Below, piece by piece: positions 32,107 through 43,048 of a stretch of 64,000 nucleotides of DNA; positions within the stretch are counted from its first letter, which is position 1, and each line of letters starts with the position of its first letter. The notes below the pieces were generated by a model. That model did no database searches. It had not been told where the DNA came from and saw only the letters and a program-made list of their open reading frames with translations. Source of the stretch: Candidatus Nomurabacteria bacterium RIFCSPHIGHO2_01_FULL_37_25 (lineage in GTDB: Bacteria; Patescibacteriota; Minisyncoccia; Phycocordibacterales; UBA9973). The position numbers were made by a program, and so were the translations under genes. Where the stretch lies: positions 21,666 to 85,665 of the forward strand of contig MFTH01000016.1 of NCBI GenBank assembly GCA_001786765.1. The letters are read 5' to 3'.

Positions 32107-32934
32107 TTATCTAGGAATTTTTCTTACAGTTCTTGGATCAAGTAAAGGTAATTCACTAGGAGCTCTAGGTAACTTACGTAATCTAAAAGCACTACAAGCA
32201 CCATGAATAGCAGCATCACTATTACCTTTTTGATATTCTATTTCAATTACACTCTCCAATTCTTTTTTAATCTTAGCAACCCATGTTTCCAAAAGATTAT
32301 TAAATACAACAGGTACCTGTACAAACATAACTCCTTCTTCACGAAGTAAATCATACCAAGTTTGTAAAATTCTACTTACTGTATATGGTTCAATAGGAAC
32401 AAATTCTAAGCCTTTCCCCATCCGTTCTATTATTAAATCGACTTTTTTATTTTCTAATTTTTTATTTAAAGAGTTATAAGTTTCAGTATCAAAAATATTA
32501 CCCTCTAATACTTCATGATTTATTTTCTTATCTCTTTCTGTTAATCTAGCTAATTGGTCTGTCCGTCCTCTATGGTCTAATAAACTAACTCCAACAGATT
32601 TAGCAAAAAATCCAGGTGTAAATTCACTAAACAGTCTTGACCCAATTCCACCAAATTCTACACCAACAGCTTTGCTTTTTCTTCTTGCAAGAGTCGTTTC
32701 AATATAATTTCTAAGAGATGCCTCTCCTTCTGGTAAAAGATATCCAAACGACTTTCCGAAAGATTTTCCATCTATTATATTAGGACCATCAAGAGGAGAA
32801 TCTATCCAAGTATAATGTTTAGAGTCGAATATTTCTCTGTTTCCCCTAGTTTGAAAACTAGTAGCATTTTTATAAGTCTCTCTAATTTCTTCCTTACGTT
32901 CCTTGCCTATAGGAAAAGCGTTAAATTTATTCAT
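32107..32934 (-). CDS. hypothetical protein (possible Rossmann/methyltransferase-like motif GVEFGGIGS; unassigned)
   Basis: 275 aa. Codon usage typical of the genome. No confident family match. Confidence 0.35.
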   Translation of the reverse strand: MNKFNAFPIGKERKEEIRETYKNATSFQTRGNREIFDSKHYTWIDSPLDGPNIIDGKSFGKSFGYLLPEGEASLRNYIETTLARRKSKAVGVEFGGIGSRLFSEFTPGFFAKSVGVSLLDHRGRTDQLARLTERDKKINHEVLEGNIFDTETYNSLNKKLENKKVDLIIERMGKGLEFVPIEPYTVSRILQTWYDLLREEGVMFVQVPVVFNNLLETWVAKIKKELESVIEIEYQKGNSDAAIHGACSAFRLRKLPRAPSELPLLDPRTVRKIPR

Positions 32935-33182
32935 AAAAAGATTATATCACAATACAATCTATCCAATAGTATAATCCCCAACCCACATTTGACAAAAAAC
33001 TTTAAATAGAGTAGGCTCTCTTTAGATTCATTGATTGAGTATCGGATGGAATCCTGTGTATGTTTTGGTTACATTACTAGGGTTTTAACTTAATCATATC
33101 TAAATAAATTTTAAGAAGCTAAAGAAAAGCATTTTTCCCTTGTTTTTCTTTATTTTCTTTTTTTGTTTAGGCTAAATAAAAT

Positions 33183-36100
33183 ATGCCAAAAGAAATGAGT
33201 GATGCAACACGTCCGAAAAAATATTTTAGTAGATATAAAAAACCTCTCGTTCCTTTTCCAAATTTAATTGAAGCTCAACTCAAGAGTTTCAAATGGCTAG
33301 TGGAACAGGGAATTAGCGAAGTCTTCAAAGAATTTTCTCCAATCAGTGATTACTCTACAAAAAAGTTTCAACTTGAATTCACTTCTTTTTCACTTAGTGA
33401 ATGTAAATACGACGAGAATCACGCTAAAATAAATAAACTTTCATATCAAGGACTTCTAAAGACGCGGGTAAAATTAACAAATAAAATTTTAGGTACTGTA
33501 AAGGAACAGGAGATTTTTATGTCTGAACTTCCTTTGATGACTTCTCACGGAACTTTTATTATAAATGGTGTAGAGCGTGTTATCGTTCCGCAGCTTGCTC
33601 GAAGTTTTGGAGTTTTCTTTACCGAGTCCGAGATCAAGGGTAATAAATATTTTGGCGCTAAAATTATTCCAGCTCGTGGAGTTTGGATTGAGATAGAGTC
33701 CGAGGCAGATGGAGCGATTTACATAAGGATAGATAAAAAAAGAAAATTTCCCGCAACAGCATTATTGCGAATTATGGGTTATGAGAATAACGACAACATA
33801 CTGAAGGCTTTTTCTGGAAATCCTATTTTCACAAAAACGATAAAAACTTGTTTAGAAAAAGATGGAGTGAAGAGTCTAAATGATTCATACATTGAGATTT
33901 ATAAACGCTTGAGAGATGGTGATATGGCAACAGCTGATAATGCCAAAGAGTTTATTAATTCTTTATTTACCGCTGAGCGATATGATCTTTCTCCGGTTGG
34001 TCGTTTCAGATTTAACAAACGTTTTGATAAACCTATGGACGATACGGCGCTAGCTCGCAGGACTATTTCCAAAGAGGATTTGGTAACGGTGATTATGAAT
34101 ATTATTCTTTTAAACAATACTCCTTTTGCTAAGAGTGATGACATAGATCATTTAGGTCAGAGACGTGTGCGATTTGTCGGTGAAACACTCCAACAGAAAG
34201 TACGCACCGGGATGATGCAAATCAAAAGAAATATTCAAGACAGAATGTCTATCATAGATGTTGATACCGCAATGCCTATAGCTATTATCAATCAACGCCC
34301 ACTCCAAGCTCGCATCAAAGAATTTTTCACAACCAATCAACTTTCGCAATTCATGGCGCAAGAGAATGTGCTTTATGAAATAGAACATTTACGCACACTT
34401 TCAGCGCTTGGGCCCGGAGGATTGACACGCGAGCGCGCAGGCTTGGAAGTTCGTGATGTGCATCCATCGCATTATGGGAGAGTTTGTCCTATTCATACTC
34501 CTGAAGGTCCAAACATCGGACTTATTTTACACCTTTCTACATATGCAAAGATAAATGAATTTGGGATCATTGAAACTCCATATATCAAAGTTAAAAATGG
34601 CAAGTTAACTGATGAAGTAATTTATCTAAACGCGCTTGAAGAAGAAAAATATAATATTGCGCATGCGGGAACGCCTTATGACTTGAAAGGTAACATAACT
34701 GAAGAAAAAGTAGAAGCTAGGATTAAGACAGAACCAGGCACGATTTCTCGCGATGAGGTTGATTTTATTGATGTTGCTCCAAACCAGGCTTTTTCTGTTG
34801 CAACTTCCATGGTTCCGTTCTTGGAACACAACAATGCTAATCGCGCTTTAATGGGAAGTAATATGCAGAAACAAGCTGTGCCTTGCGTATTGCCAGAAGC
34901 GCCATTAGTCGCTACAGGTATTGAAGAATTAGCAGCGCAAGATTCAGGGAGGTTAATTATAGCGGAGGAAGACGGAGTCATTTCCTATTTGGATGCAAAA
35001 AAGATAGTAATAGAGGGGAAATCTCCTGCCCGCAATGCTTCGCATAGCGATGCAGGCGGAGGAAAGCTTTCTAATAAAACTTACAACCTTGTAAATTTTA
35101 TGAGAAATAATAATTTTGCAGTATTTCATCAGCGTCCACTGGTTAACATTGGCGATAAAATAAAGAAAGGCGATATATTAGCAGATACTAGCAGTACCGT
35201 GGGTGGACAAATTTCGCTGGGACAGAATGTTTTCGTGGCTTTTTTGTCTTGGTCTGGAGCAACTTACGAAGACGCTATAATTGTTTCTGAACGTCTTGTA
35301 AAGAAAAGTAAATTTACATCAGTTTATGTTGAAGAGTTTACTTGCGTAGTTCGTGATACTAAGCTTGGACCTGAAATTACCACTCGTGACATACCAAATG
35401 TTGGAGAGCTCAAGCTCAAAGATTTAGACGAAGATGGTATTGTCCGTATCGGAGCGGAAGTTAGAGAAAATGATATTTTAGTTGGTAAAATTACGCCAAA
35501 AGGCGAGACGGAACTTACTCCAGAGGAGCGGTTGCTACGTTCAATCTTTGCTGAAAAAGCGCGTGATGTTAAAGATACGTCACTACGAGTGGAACATGGT
35601 AAGCGTGGACGCATCATTGGTGTAAAGATTTTTTCTCGCGATTTAGGACATACCCTTGAAGCGGGAATTATTAAAAAAATTATAATTGAAATCGCGCAAA
35701 TCAGAAATATTTCAGTTGGGGACAAACTTTCTGGACGACATGGAAACAAAGGAGTCATTTCAGTAATTCTGCCAGAAGAAGACATGCCCTATATGGCAGA
35801 TGGTACACCAATCGATATTATTCTTTCGCCACTTGGTGTTCCTTCTCGTATGAACTTGGGACAAATTTTTGAAATGCATCTAGGCATGGCGGCTAACAGT
35901 CTTGGTTATCAGGCGATTGTACCCCCATTTTTAAGCGCTAAATATGATGAAATTAAAGAGGAATTAGTAAAAGCCGGACTACCAGAGTCTGGTAAATTAA
36001 AACTTTTTGATGGACGTACCGGAGAAGCTTTTGAGCAAGATGTTGCAGTCGGTTATATGTATATGTTGAAGCTTCATCATATGGTGGAAGACAAAATTCA

Positions 36101-36410
36101 TATGCGTTCAATTGGACCTTATTCTCTTATTACTCAACAGCCTCTCGGTGGAAAAGCTCAAGGCGGAGGACAGAGATTTGGAGAAATGGAAGTTTGGGCA
36201 TTGGAAGGTTATGGCGCAGCTTATACATTGCGTGAAATGCTTACTATTAAATCTGATGACATACTCGGCAGGTCGGCGACATTTGATTCTATTATTAAAA
36301 ATGAGACAATCAGACCGCCAAATTCCCCGGCATCATTTAATGTTTTGCTTAATTATTTGCGAGGTCTAGCCTTGGATGTAAATTTAAAAAAAGGGGGAAG
36401 TAAGGAATAA
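33183..36410 (+). CDS. rpoB: DNA-directed RNA polymerase beta subunit (short, 1075 aa)
   Basis: Conserved blocks across the full length, ending ...NYLRGLALDVNLKKGGSKE. Confidence 0.95.
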   Translation: MPKEMSDATRPKKYFSRYKKPLVPFPNLIEAQLKSFKWLVEQGISEVFKEFSPISDYSTKKFQLEFTSFSLSECKYDENHAKINKLSYQGLLKTRVKLTNKILGTVKEQEIFMSELPLMTSHGTFIINGVERVIVPQLARSFGVFFTESEIKGNKYFGAKIIPARGVWIEIESEADGAIYIRIDKKRKFPATALLRIMGYENNDNILKAFSGNPIFTKTIKTCLEKDGVKSLNDSYIEIYKRLRDGDMATADNAKEFINSLFTAERYDLSPVGRFRFNKRFDKPMDDTALARRTISKEDLVTVIMNIILLNNTPFAKSDDIDHLGQRRVRFVGETLQQKVRTGMMQIKRNIQDRMSIIDVDTAMPIAIINQRPLQARIKEFFTTNQLSQFMAQENVLYEIEHLRTLSALGPGGLTRERAGLEVRDVHPSHYGRVCPIHTPEGPNIGLILHLSTYAKINEFGIIETPYIKVKNGKLTDEVIYLNALEEEKYNIAHAGTPYDLKGNITEEKVEARIKTEPGTISRDEVDFIDVAPNQAFSVATSMVPFLEHNNANRALMGSNMQKQAVPCVLPEAPLVATGIEELAAQDSGRLIIAEEDGVISYLDAKKIVIEGKSPARNASHSDAGGGKLSNKTYNLVNFMRNNNFAVFHQRPLVNIGDKIKKGDILADTSSTVGGQISLGQNVFVAFLSWSGATYEDAIIVSERLVKKSKFTSVYVEEFTCVVRDTKLGPEITTRDIPNVGELKLKDLDEDGIVRIGAEVRENDILVGKITPKGETELTPEERLLRSIFAEKARDVKDTSLRVEHGKRGRIIGVKIFSRDLGHTLEAGIIKKIIIEIAQIRNISVGDKLSGRHGNKGVISVILPEEDMPYMADGTPIDIILSPLGVPSRMNLGQIFEMHLGMAANSLGYQAIVPPFLSAKYDEIKEELVKAGLPESGKLKLFDGRTGEAFEQDVAVGYMYMLKLHHMVEDKIHMRSIGPYSLITQQPLGGKAQGGGQRFGEMEVWALEGYGAAYTLREMLTIKSDDILGRSATFDSIIKNETIRPPNSPASFNVLLNYLRGLALDVNLKKGGSKE

Positions 36411-36415
36411 AATTT

Positions 36416-36799
36416 ATGAAAGATTTTCTTAACTGGCATACCAAAAAATCAAAACTGGATATAATTGAACAAAGACCGTATTTCCACGAAGGGGAAGTCT
36501 GGTATACGAGTTTGGGTTTGAATATAGGCTATGAACAAGATGGAAAAGGGCTGGACTACTTAAGACCAGTGCTGATTGTTAGAAAATTTAATAATGATGT
36601 TTGTTGGATTGTACCACTCACTCACACCCCCAAAGACAATATTTTCTACGTTCATATCACAGTAATAGGAAAATCAAGCACAGCTATACTTTCTCAACTA
36701 AAGCTTCTTGACGCGAGGCGTTTTAGCCATATGATTGATAAAATTTCTGATGAGGATTTTAAGTTAGTAACAAAAAAACTCAAAGGACTAATTCCTTGA
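36416..36799 (+). CDS. PemK/MazF/Kid-family endoribonuclease toxin-like protein (orphan; no adjacent antitoxin ORF)
   Basis: EGEVWYTSLGLNIGYEQDGKGLDYLRPVLIV...WIVPLTHTP aligns with Kid/PemK RGEIWLVSLDPTAGHEQQGTRPVLIV...VVVPVTS. The start codon lies 6 nt after the rpoB stop. Confidence 0.6.
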   Translation: MKDFLNWHTKKSKLDIIEQRPYFHEGEVWYTSLGLNIGYEQDGKGLDYLRPVLIVRKFNNDVCWIVPLTHTPKDNIFYVHITVIGKSSTAILSQLKLLDARRFSHMIDKISDEDFKLVTKKLKGLIP

Positions 36800-36880
36800 G
36801 TTTCTTGTGTTTTTACCTCGTGCCGAAGCACGAGTCGGGCCGAAGCCATTTAGATTCAGATTATAGCAAAATCAAAATAT

Positions 36881-37354
36881 ATGTCAAGTGAAAAACCATT
36901 CTTATTTTATAAGCTAATTATTAACAATTTAACTAAAAACAATATGAAAAATAATCAAAAAGGTTTTGTAAATATTATCTTGATTGGAGTTATTGTTGTA
37001 CTCTTGAGTCTAGTGGGATATTTTAGTATCGAAAAAAAATCTCAGCAATTCAATAAACAACAAACTTCGATAATTCCAAATACGGAAACGCAGATCAGAA
37101 TTGCAATAGAAACAGTGTTAACGGAAGGCAAGTTGTCTAATCCAAATGAGCAAATACCAAAGGGTATCAAATTGCTTTCACTCAAACTTGCGGAAAATAA
37201 TGTAACTCTAAATTTTAGCAAAGAGTATTTGTCTGGAGGACAGGGAGTAGCTGAGGATGTTTTTTCTCTGGTTTCAAATACGATTACTAAAATATACCCA
37301 GAGGTGAACAAATTTACGATTTTAATTGAAGGGGAAAACATACAAGACTATTAA
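36881..37354 (+). CDS. membrane-anchored GerMN-like domain protein (start probably at the internal Met MKNNQKGF)
   Basis: TM helix IILIGVIVVLLSLVGYF. C-terminal LNFSKEYLSGGQG...TILIEGE resembles the GerMN fold. Confidence 0.35.
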   Translation: MSSEKPFLFYKLIINNLTKNNMKNNQKGFVNIILIGVIVVLLSLVGYFSIEKKSQQFNKQQTSIIPNTETQIRIAIETVLTEGKLSNPNEQIPKGIKLLSLKLAENNVTLNFSKEYLSGGQGVAEDVFSLVSNTITKIYPEVNKFTILIEGENIQDY

Positions 37355-37398
37355 AACAAAATAATAGATTTTTATTAAAAGAAAGTAATTAAAAAACT

Positions 37399-40300
37399 AT
37401 GAAAACCTTAAACACAACTGAATTTGATTCCATAGCTCTACGACTGGCTTCACCGGAGCAGGTAAAAGAGTGGTCTTTTGGAGAAGTTACTAAACCAGAA
37501 ACAATAAATTACCGCACTGGCAGGTCTGAACGCGGTGGTCTTTTTGATGAGAAAATATTTGGACCAGAAAAAGATTACGAATGCTATTGTGGAAAGTATC
37601 GTAGGATTCGTTATAAAGATATTATTTGTGAGAAATGCGGAGTTGAAGTTACTCGTTCTATAGTCAGACGTGAGCGAATGGGGCATATAGAGCTAGGAAC
37701 TCCAGTCTCGCATATTTGGTTTTTGCGCGGAGTGCCTTCTCGAATGAGTATCTTGCTCAATATTTCTGTTTCTGATCTAGAGAAGGTTATATATTTTGCT
37801 GGTTACATAATTACCAAAGTTCATGAAGAAGAAAAAGAGTCTGTTATCACGGGTCTAGAAAAAGAATATAAAGTTAAATTAAAAAATGCAGTTGATGACG
37901 ACACTCGAGAGAAATTGAAGAATCTGCTTTCTGTTATAAAAAAAGAGATTGGAGAAATTTATGAAGGAAAAGTTTTAAATGAAATTTCTTTTCATCACTA
38001 TTCTTTAAAATACGGAACTTGTTTTGAAGCAAACATAGGCGCTGAAGCGATCTATTCTATTTTTAAAAATCTAGATTTGAATAAATTAAAAGTTTATACG
38101 GAGAAAATGATAGAGGGAGTTAGTATGATTGAAAAAGAGAAATTGCAAAAAAGGCTTTCTCTTATTCGCGCTATGACTTATGCGGGGATTCGACCTGAAT
38201 GGATGTTTCTAACTGTTATCCCAGTCATCCCGCCCGTTTTGCGTCCAATGGTTGCTCTTGATGGAGGCAGGCATGCGACTTCTGATTTAAACGATCTTTA
38301 TCGTCGAGTTATAAACAGAAACAATCGTTTGAAAAAGTTAAAAGAAATTAATGCTCCAGATGTAATCCTGCGAAATGAAAAAAGAATTATTCAGGAAGCA
38401 GTCGATGCGTTGATTGATAATTCAATTGCCAAACAAAATGATTCGGCTGCGATGAGTCAATCCCAAAAGCGTCCCTTAAAATCCTTGTCAGATAATCTAA
38501 AGTCTAAACAAGGTCTTTTCCGACAGAACTTACTTGGAAAAAGAGTGGACTATTCAGGACGCTCGGTTATTGTTGTCGGTCCCAATCTAAAATTAAACCA
38601 ATGTGGATTGCCGAAGCATATGGCGCTGGAACTTTTTAGACCATTTGTAATTTCTAAAATTTTACAAGCAGAATTGGCATTTAATATTCGTGGAGCTAAT
38701 AAGCTCATAGAAGAACGCACTCCCGAGGTCTGGGCGATGTTGGAAGAAGTTATTGCGGGCAAATATGTTCTTTTAAACCGCGCGCCGACTCTGCATCGTC
38801 TAGGTATTCAAGCTTTTAATCCGATTTTAATTGAAGGAAATGCAATTCAGATTCATCCTCTTGTTTGTCAGGCTTTTAATGCTGACTTTGATGGAGACCA
38901 AATGGCAGTTTATGTTCCGTTACTGGAAGAAGCTCAATCCGAAGCCAAAGAATTAATGGCTTCAAATAAAAATTTACTTAAACCGCAAAACGGAGATGCT
39001 ATAGTGCACCCTCGTATGGACATGGTGCTTGGAAGCTATTGGATGACAAAATCAATGGATGGGGAAAAAGGTGAAGACAAGTATTTTTCACGTCCAAATG
39101 TTGCTATTAGCGCCTATGAATACGGGATCATTTCTCTACGCGCTAAAATAAAAGTTCTAGCAAGAGATGATTTCAAATACAAAAAATTTGCTCCGGGAAT
39201 ATTTGAAACTTCTGTCGGAAAACTTCTTTTCAATAGCATCTTGCCGGACGATTTTTCTTATGTTAATGATGAAATGACTCAAGACAGGCTTTCAGCCCTC
39301 TTGGACGAACTTATCATACATTCAGGTGTGGAAAATATTCCAGCTATTCTAGACAAAATTAAAGCATTTGGTTTTAAATACGCGACGGTTTCTGGAACTA
39401 CTTGGGGATTGGACAATGTTTCTATGTCACCCGAAAAACCAAAGATTATAGCTCAAGGTAAAAAATTGGAAGAAGAAACAATATCACAGTGGCGTGAAGG
39501 TCTTTTGTCTGAAGAAGAAAAATATCAGAAAATTATTGAAATTTGGACGCATACAAAAAAAGAATTGGAAAAAGTTTTACCAAAAACTCTCGACAAAAAA
39601 AGTTCCACTTATGATTTATTCACTTCTAAAGCTAGAGGCACTATGTCGTCCCTTATGCAAATGACCGGGATGATTGGACTTATTCAAAATAATCAAGGCA
39701 AGACTTTGGAATTTCCTATTATTCCTTCTTATCAAGAGGGACTTTCTCCAATTGAATATTTCGTTATTACTCACGGCGCTCGCAAAGGCGCTTCAGACAC
39801 TGCTCTCAACACTGCTAAAGCTGGGTATTTGACACGAAGATTGGTTGATGTGGCTCAAGATGTGGTTATTACTGAAAAAGACTGTGGAACAAAAGAAGGG
39901 AAAATAATTACCAGAGAGAATATTTCTGGAATTGAAATTCCACTTTCAAAAAATATTCATGGACGCATATTAGGAACTGATTTGAAAGATAAAAATGGCA
40001 AAGTGCTTTACAAGAAAGGATTTTTAGTCACTAAAGAAGAAGCTCACAACATCGAAGGGGCGGGCTTTACCGAAGTGTTTGTTCGTTCTCCACTGACTTG
40101 TCGTACTGTTCACGGTCTTTGTCAAATGTGCTACGGTCTTGATTTAGGGCGTAATCGTTTAGTAGATTTAGGTGAGGCGGTGGGTATTATAGCAGCTCAA
40201 GCTATCGGCGAACCGGGCACTCAATTAACATTGCGTACATTTCACGCAGGAGGTGTAGCAGGCACTGACATAACGACTGGGTTACCGCGCGTTGAGGAAA

Positions 40301-41049
40301 TATTTGAAAGAAGAATTCCTAAAAATCCTGCAGTTATTTCAGAGACGGACGGGGAAGTAATTTCTATTTCAACTAAAGAGGACAAATCTGCTAATTCTCA
40401 AGACCATTCGCTCTCCGGCGGGGAAAAAATTATTAAAGTTTTATCGGATGTCAAACTTGATGGCAAAAATGACAACAAGAAAAACGAGATTGAGTATGTA
40501 GTGGCATTTCGCAGAATACCGACAGTTAAGGTGGGTGATAAAATCAAAAAAGGAGATCTTTTAACTGATGGATCGGCTGATGTCGCTGAGATTTTTAAAT
40601 TTGGCGGTAAAGAATTAGTCGAAGAGTATTTAATTCGAGAAATAAATAAAGTTTATGAACTGCAGAGCGCTTCAATTTCAAGAAAACACACAGAAATAAT
40701 TATTCGTCAAATGTTTTCACGCAGGAAAATAAAAGATGCAGGGGAGACTAATTTCTCCATTGGCAATATTGTTGAAAATGCCGAATTTATAGAAGAAAAT
40801 GCCAGGGTTCCCGAGGGTAAACAAGCAAAAGCAGAAATAGTCGTGCTTGGTATTACAGAAGTTTCGCTTCGCACTAAGAGTTGGCTTTCAGCCGCATCGT
40901 TTCAGAACACAAACCGTGTGCTGATTGAAAATGCGATCAAAGGCGGAGTGGATTCTCTCCGAGGGTTAAAAGAAAATGTTATAATTGGTAGATTAATACC
41001 AGCTGGAACTGGATTCAAGAATAAAACAAAGACTATGGCTGAAAAATAG
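37399..41049 (+). CDS. rpoC: DNA-directed RNA polymerase beta' subunit (short, 1216 aa)
   Basis: Zinc-binding [27 protein letters not shown] catalytic motif. Confidence 0.95.
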   Translation: MKTLNTTEFDSIALRLASPEQVKEWSFGEVTKPETINYRTGRSERGGLFDEKIFGPEKDYECYCGKYRRIRYKDIICEKCGVEVTRSIVRRERMGHIELGTPVSHIWFLRGVPSRMSILLNISVSDLEKVIYFAGYIITKVHEEEKESVITGLEKEYKVKLKNAVDDDTREKLKNLLSVIKKEIGEIYEGKVLNEISFHHYSLKYGTCFEANIGAEAIYSIFKNLDLNKLKVYTEKMIEGVSMIEKEKLQKRLSLIRAMTYAGIRPEWMFLTVIPVIPPVLRPMVALDGGRHATSDLNDLYRRVINRNNRLKKLKEINAPDVILRNEKRIIQEAVDALIDNSIAKQNDSAAMSQSQKRPLKSLSDNLKSKQGLFRQNLLGKRVDYSGRSVIVVGPNLKLNQCGLPKHMALELFRPFVISKILQAELAFNIRGANKLIEERTPEVWAMLEEVIAGKYVLLNRAPTLHRLGIQAFNPILIEGNAIQIHPLVCQAFNADFDGDQMAVYVPLLEEAQSEAKELMASNKNLLKPQNGDAIVHPRMDMVLGSYWMTKSMDGEKGEDKYFSRPNVAISAYEYGIISLRAKIKVLARDDFKYKKFAPGIFETSVGKLLFNSILPDDFSYVNDEMTQDRLSALLDELIIHSGVENIPAILDKIKAFGFKYATVSGTTWGLDNVSMSPEKPKIIAQGKKLEEETISQWREGLLSEEEKYQKIIEIWTHTKKELEKVLPKTLDKKSSTYDLFTSKARGTMSSLMQMTGMIGLIQNNQGKTLEFPIIPSYQEGLSPIEYFVITHGARKGASDTALNTAKAGYLTRRLVDVAQDVVITEKDCGTKEGKIITRENISGIEIPLSKNIHGRILGTDLKDKNGKVLYKKGFLVTKEEAHNIEGAGFTEVFVRSPLTCRTVHGLCQMCYGLDLGRNRLVDLGEAVGIIAAQAIGEPGTQLTLRTFHAGGVAGTDITTGLPRVEEIFERRIPKNPAVISETDGEVISISTKEDKSANSQDHSLSGGEKIIKVLSDVKLDGKNDNKKNEIEYVVAFRRIPTVKVGDKIKKGDLLTDGSADVAEIFKFGGKELVEEYLIREINKVYELQSASISRKHTEIIIRQMFSRRKIKDAGETNFSIGNIVENAEFIEENARVPEGKQAKAEIVVLGITEVSLRTKSWLSAASFQNTNRVLIENAIKGGVDSLRGLKENVIIGRLIPAGTGFKNKTKTMAEK

Positions 41050-41104
41050 TTTTTGTGTTTTTTAGAGTGATGATTAAAAACACTATGTCTTCATTATTTG
41101 TTGA

Positions 41105-41183
41105 CCCCGTTAGAGATAACACCATGCATGTTTCATTATATTAATTAATCTTGTGAATTTATTTATGAAAATCTCTAACGGGG
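41105..41183. mobile_element. TIR-bounded element, copy 2 (CCCCGTTAGAGATA / ATCTCTAACGGGG); the right TIR overlaps codons 3-7 of dnaG
   Basis: Same 13-14-bp TIR as 18525-18644 with an unrelated AT-rich interior. Confidence 0.7.
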
Positions 41184-42958
41184 TTGATCAAATAAAATCA
41201 AAAATAGATATACTCTCACTAGTTTCATCTTATATAAAACTAGATAAAGCTGGAGCAAGTTGGAAGGGTAAGTGTCCGTTTCATAATGAAAAAACACCGT
41301 CGTTTTTTGTATCGCCGGCGAGGGAAAGTTATTATTGTTTTGGTTGCGGAGCGTCTGGAGACATATTTACTTTTGTGGAAGAATTTGAAGGGCTTGATTT
41401 TAAGGGCGCGCTGAAACTTTTAGCCGATAAAGCTGGAGTGACGCTTGAAGTTTACAGCAAAGAGATGCAAGAAGCCAAAGAGAATAAGAGTGAAAAAGAA
41501 AAATTATATACAGCGATAGAAGAAGCTACAAAGTTTTTTGAAAATAATTTAAAAGAAAACAAGAATGCGCAAGAATATTTAAAATCACGTGGATTAACAG
41601 AAAAAAGTATCAAGGATTTTAGAATTGGTTTTGCTCTTCTTGATTGGCATAGACTTTATGATTATCTAAAATCTAAGAATTTTTCTGATAATGAAATAGA
41701 GAGAGCAGGATTAGCCAAAAAATCAGACAATGATGCAGAAAAGTTGAATAAAAGAATGTATGATAGATTTCGTGGAAGAATTATGTTCCCAATCTCTGAT
41801 TCAAGTGGTCGCGTTATCGCTTTTTCTGGCAGAATCCTGGTTGACGATGGCCCGCTTCGCCATGGCTCCAGCGAGGCGAGTAAGTCCGCCAAGTATTTAA
41901 ATAGTCCGGAGACTTTAATATTCAACAAATCTTCTGTGCTTTTTGGCATAGATAAAGCAAAAGATGCAATTCGTAAAAACAACTTTTCTATTTTGGTTGA
42001 GGGGCAAATGGATTTAATTTTATCACACCAGGCAGGATATAAAAATACAGTTGCGACATCTGGCACAGCTTTATCGGATTCGACAATTTCTAAAGAGAAT
42101 GTTATTTCAAATTTAGGTCTTATTCGCCGTCTTTCTTCAAACATTGTGCTTGCTTTTGATGCTGATAGCGCTGGAGCCAATGCTACCATTAAAGCGGGCA
42201 AAATAGCTCTTTCACTGGGGATGGATGTAAAAGTGGTGGATATGCCGGATGGAATCGATCCTGCGGATTTGATTACGCAAAATAATTCTATTGCGGGATC
42301 GGATGCATGGCGTCTTGCGATAAAAAATTCCAAACATATCATTGAATTTCTTTTAGATAAAGTTTTGAAAAATTTCAAAAATGATACTCGTAAGATAGGT
42401 ATGGAAATAAAAGAAAAAATATTGCCATTTGTCAATGTATTAGAAAGTTCAATAGAAAAAATGTATTTTATTAAAAAAATAAGCGACGCCTCATCTATTC
42501 CTCAAAATGCTCTGCAAGATGATTTAAAGAAAATTGAGCAAGAATTAAAATATGAAACAGAAGAAACAAAAACTGCAAAAGAAAATGTAGAAAAAAAGTT
42601 GAGAAAAGATCCGATTGAAAGGAGACTCTTTGGGATAGCTTTTTGGCAAGAGAGTTTAAAAAGTAGAACCATAGAACCAGAGTTGATTTTTACAAAATTA
42701 CATAAGGCAAAAGAGGCTTTTCTAGATATGAAAGAAGATTTGATTTATGAAGCTGAAATATTTTATTTAAATAGTGAGAATTTGCAAAAAGATGTAAATG
42801 AAATGTTGCTTTCCATTGAAGAAGAGTATCTAAATGAAGAGCTTGTCAAAACAATGATAGATTTCAGAAACCTTAAAGATAAAAAATTGGAGGTGGAAAT
42901 TTTAAAAAAGATCGATAAAATAAATAAAAGAAAAGAAGAAATTAAAAATAGTCGTTAA
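41165..42958 (+). CDS. dnaG: DNA primase
   Basis: Zinc ribbon CPFHNEKTPSFFVSPARESYYCFGCGASGD. TOPRIM domain. The ORF-track start GTG is at 41153; the ATG at 41165 (MKISNGVDQIK) is preferred. Confidence 0.85.
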   Translation: MKISNGVDQIKSKIDILSLVSSYIKLDKAGASWKGKCPFHNEKTPSFFVSPARESYYCFGCGASGDIFTFVEEFEGLDFKGALKLLADKAGVTLEVYSKEMQEAKENKSEKEKLYTAIEEATKFFENNLKENKNAQEYLKSRGLTEKSIKDFRIGFALLDWHRLYDYLKSKNFSDNEIERAGLAKKSDNDAEKLNKRMYDRFRGRIMFPISDSSGRVIAFSGRILVDDGPLRHGSSEASKSAKYLNSPETLIFNKSSVLFGIDKAKDAIRKNNFSILVEGQMDLILSHQAGYKNTVATSGTALSDSTISKENVISNLGLIRRLSSNIVLAFDADSAGANATIKAGKIALSLGMDVKVVDMPDGIDPADLITQNNSIAGSDAWRLAIKNSKHIIEFLLDKVLKNFKNDTRKIGMEIKEKILPFVNVLESSIEKMYFIKKISDASSIPQNALQDDLKKIEQELKYETEETKTAKENVEKKLRKDPIERRLFGIAFWQESLKSRTIEPELIFTKLHKAKEAFLDMKEDLIYEAEIFYLNSENLQKDVNEMLLSIEEEYLNEELVKTMIDFRNLKDKKLEVEILKKIDKINKRKEEIKNSR

Positions 42959-42969
42959 TTAAAAAAATT

Positions 42970-43048
42970 ATGACCCGTTCGACAAACTCAGGCCTTCGGC
43001 TCTGAGGCTCAGGCTCGAAGAGGTCATGGTGATAAGATAGAACCATGA
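42970..43048 (+). promoter_or_regulatory. two mutually exclusive hairpins; the second sequesters the rpoD start codon
   Basis: ATGACC-structured loop-GGTCAT (42970-43027) overlaps TCATGGTGA-taagatag-AACCATGA (43024-43048; ATG 43045). It shares the GTCATGGTGA...GAACCATGAAAA motif with 16404-16436. Confidence 0.6.

Noticed and set aside
33899-40000. Numerous 60-150-aa antisense or out-of-frame ORFs inside rpoB, rpoC, lysS, ftsI, dnaG and others from the track
   Set aside because: They are embedded in long, confidently assigned genes on the opposite strand or in another frame, and have low-complexity composition. They are not independent genes.
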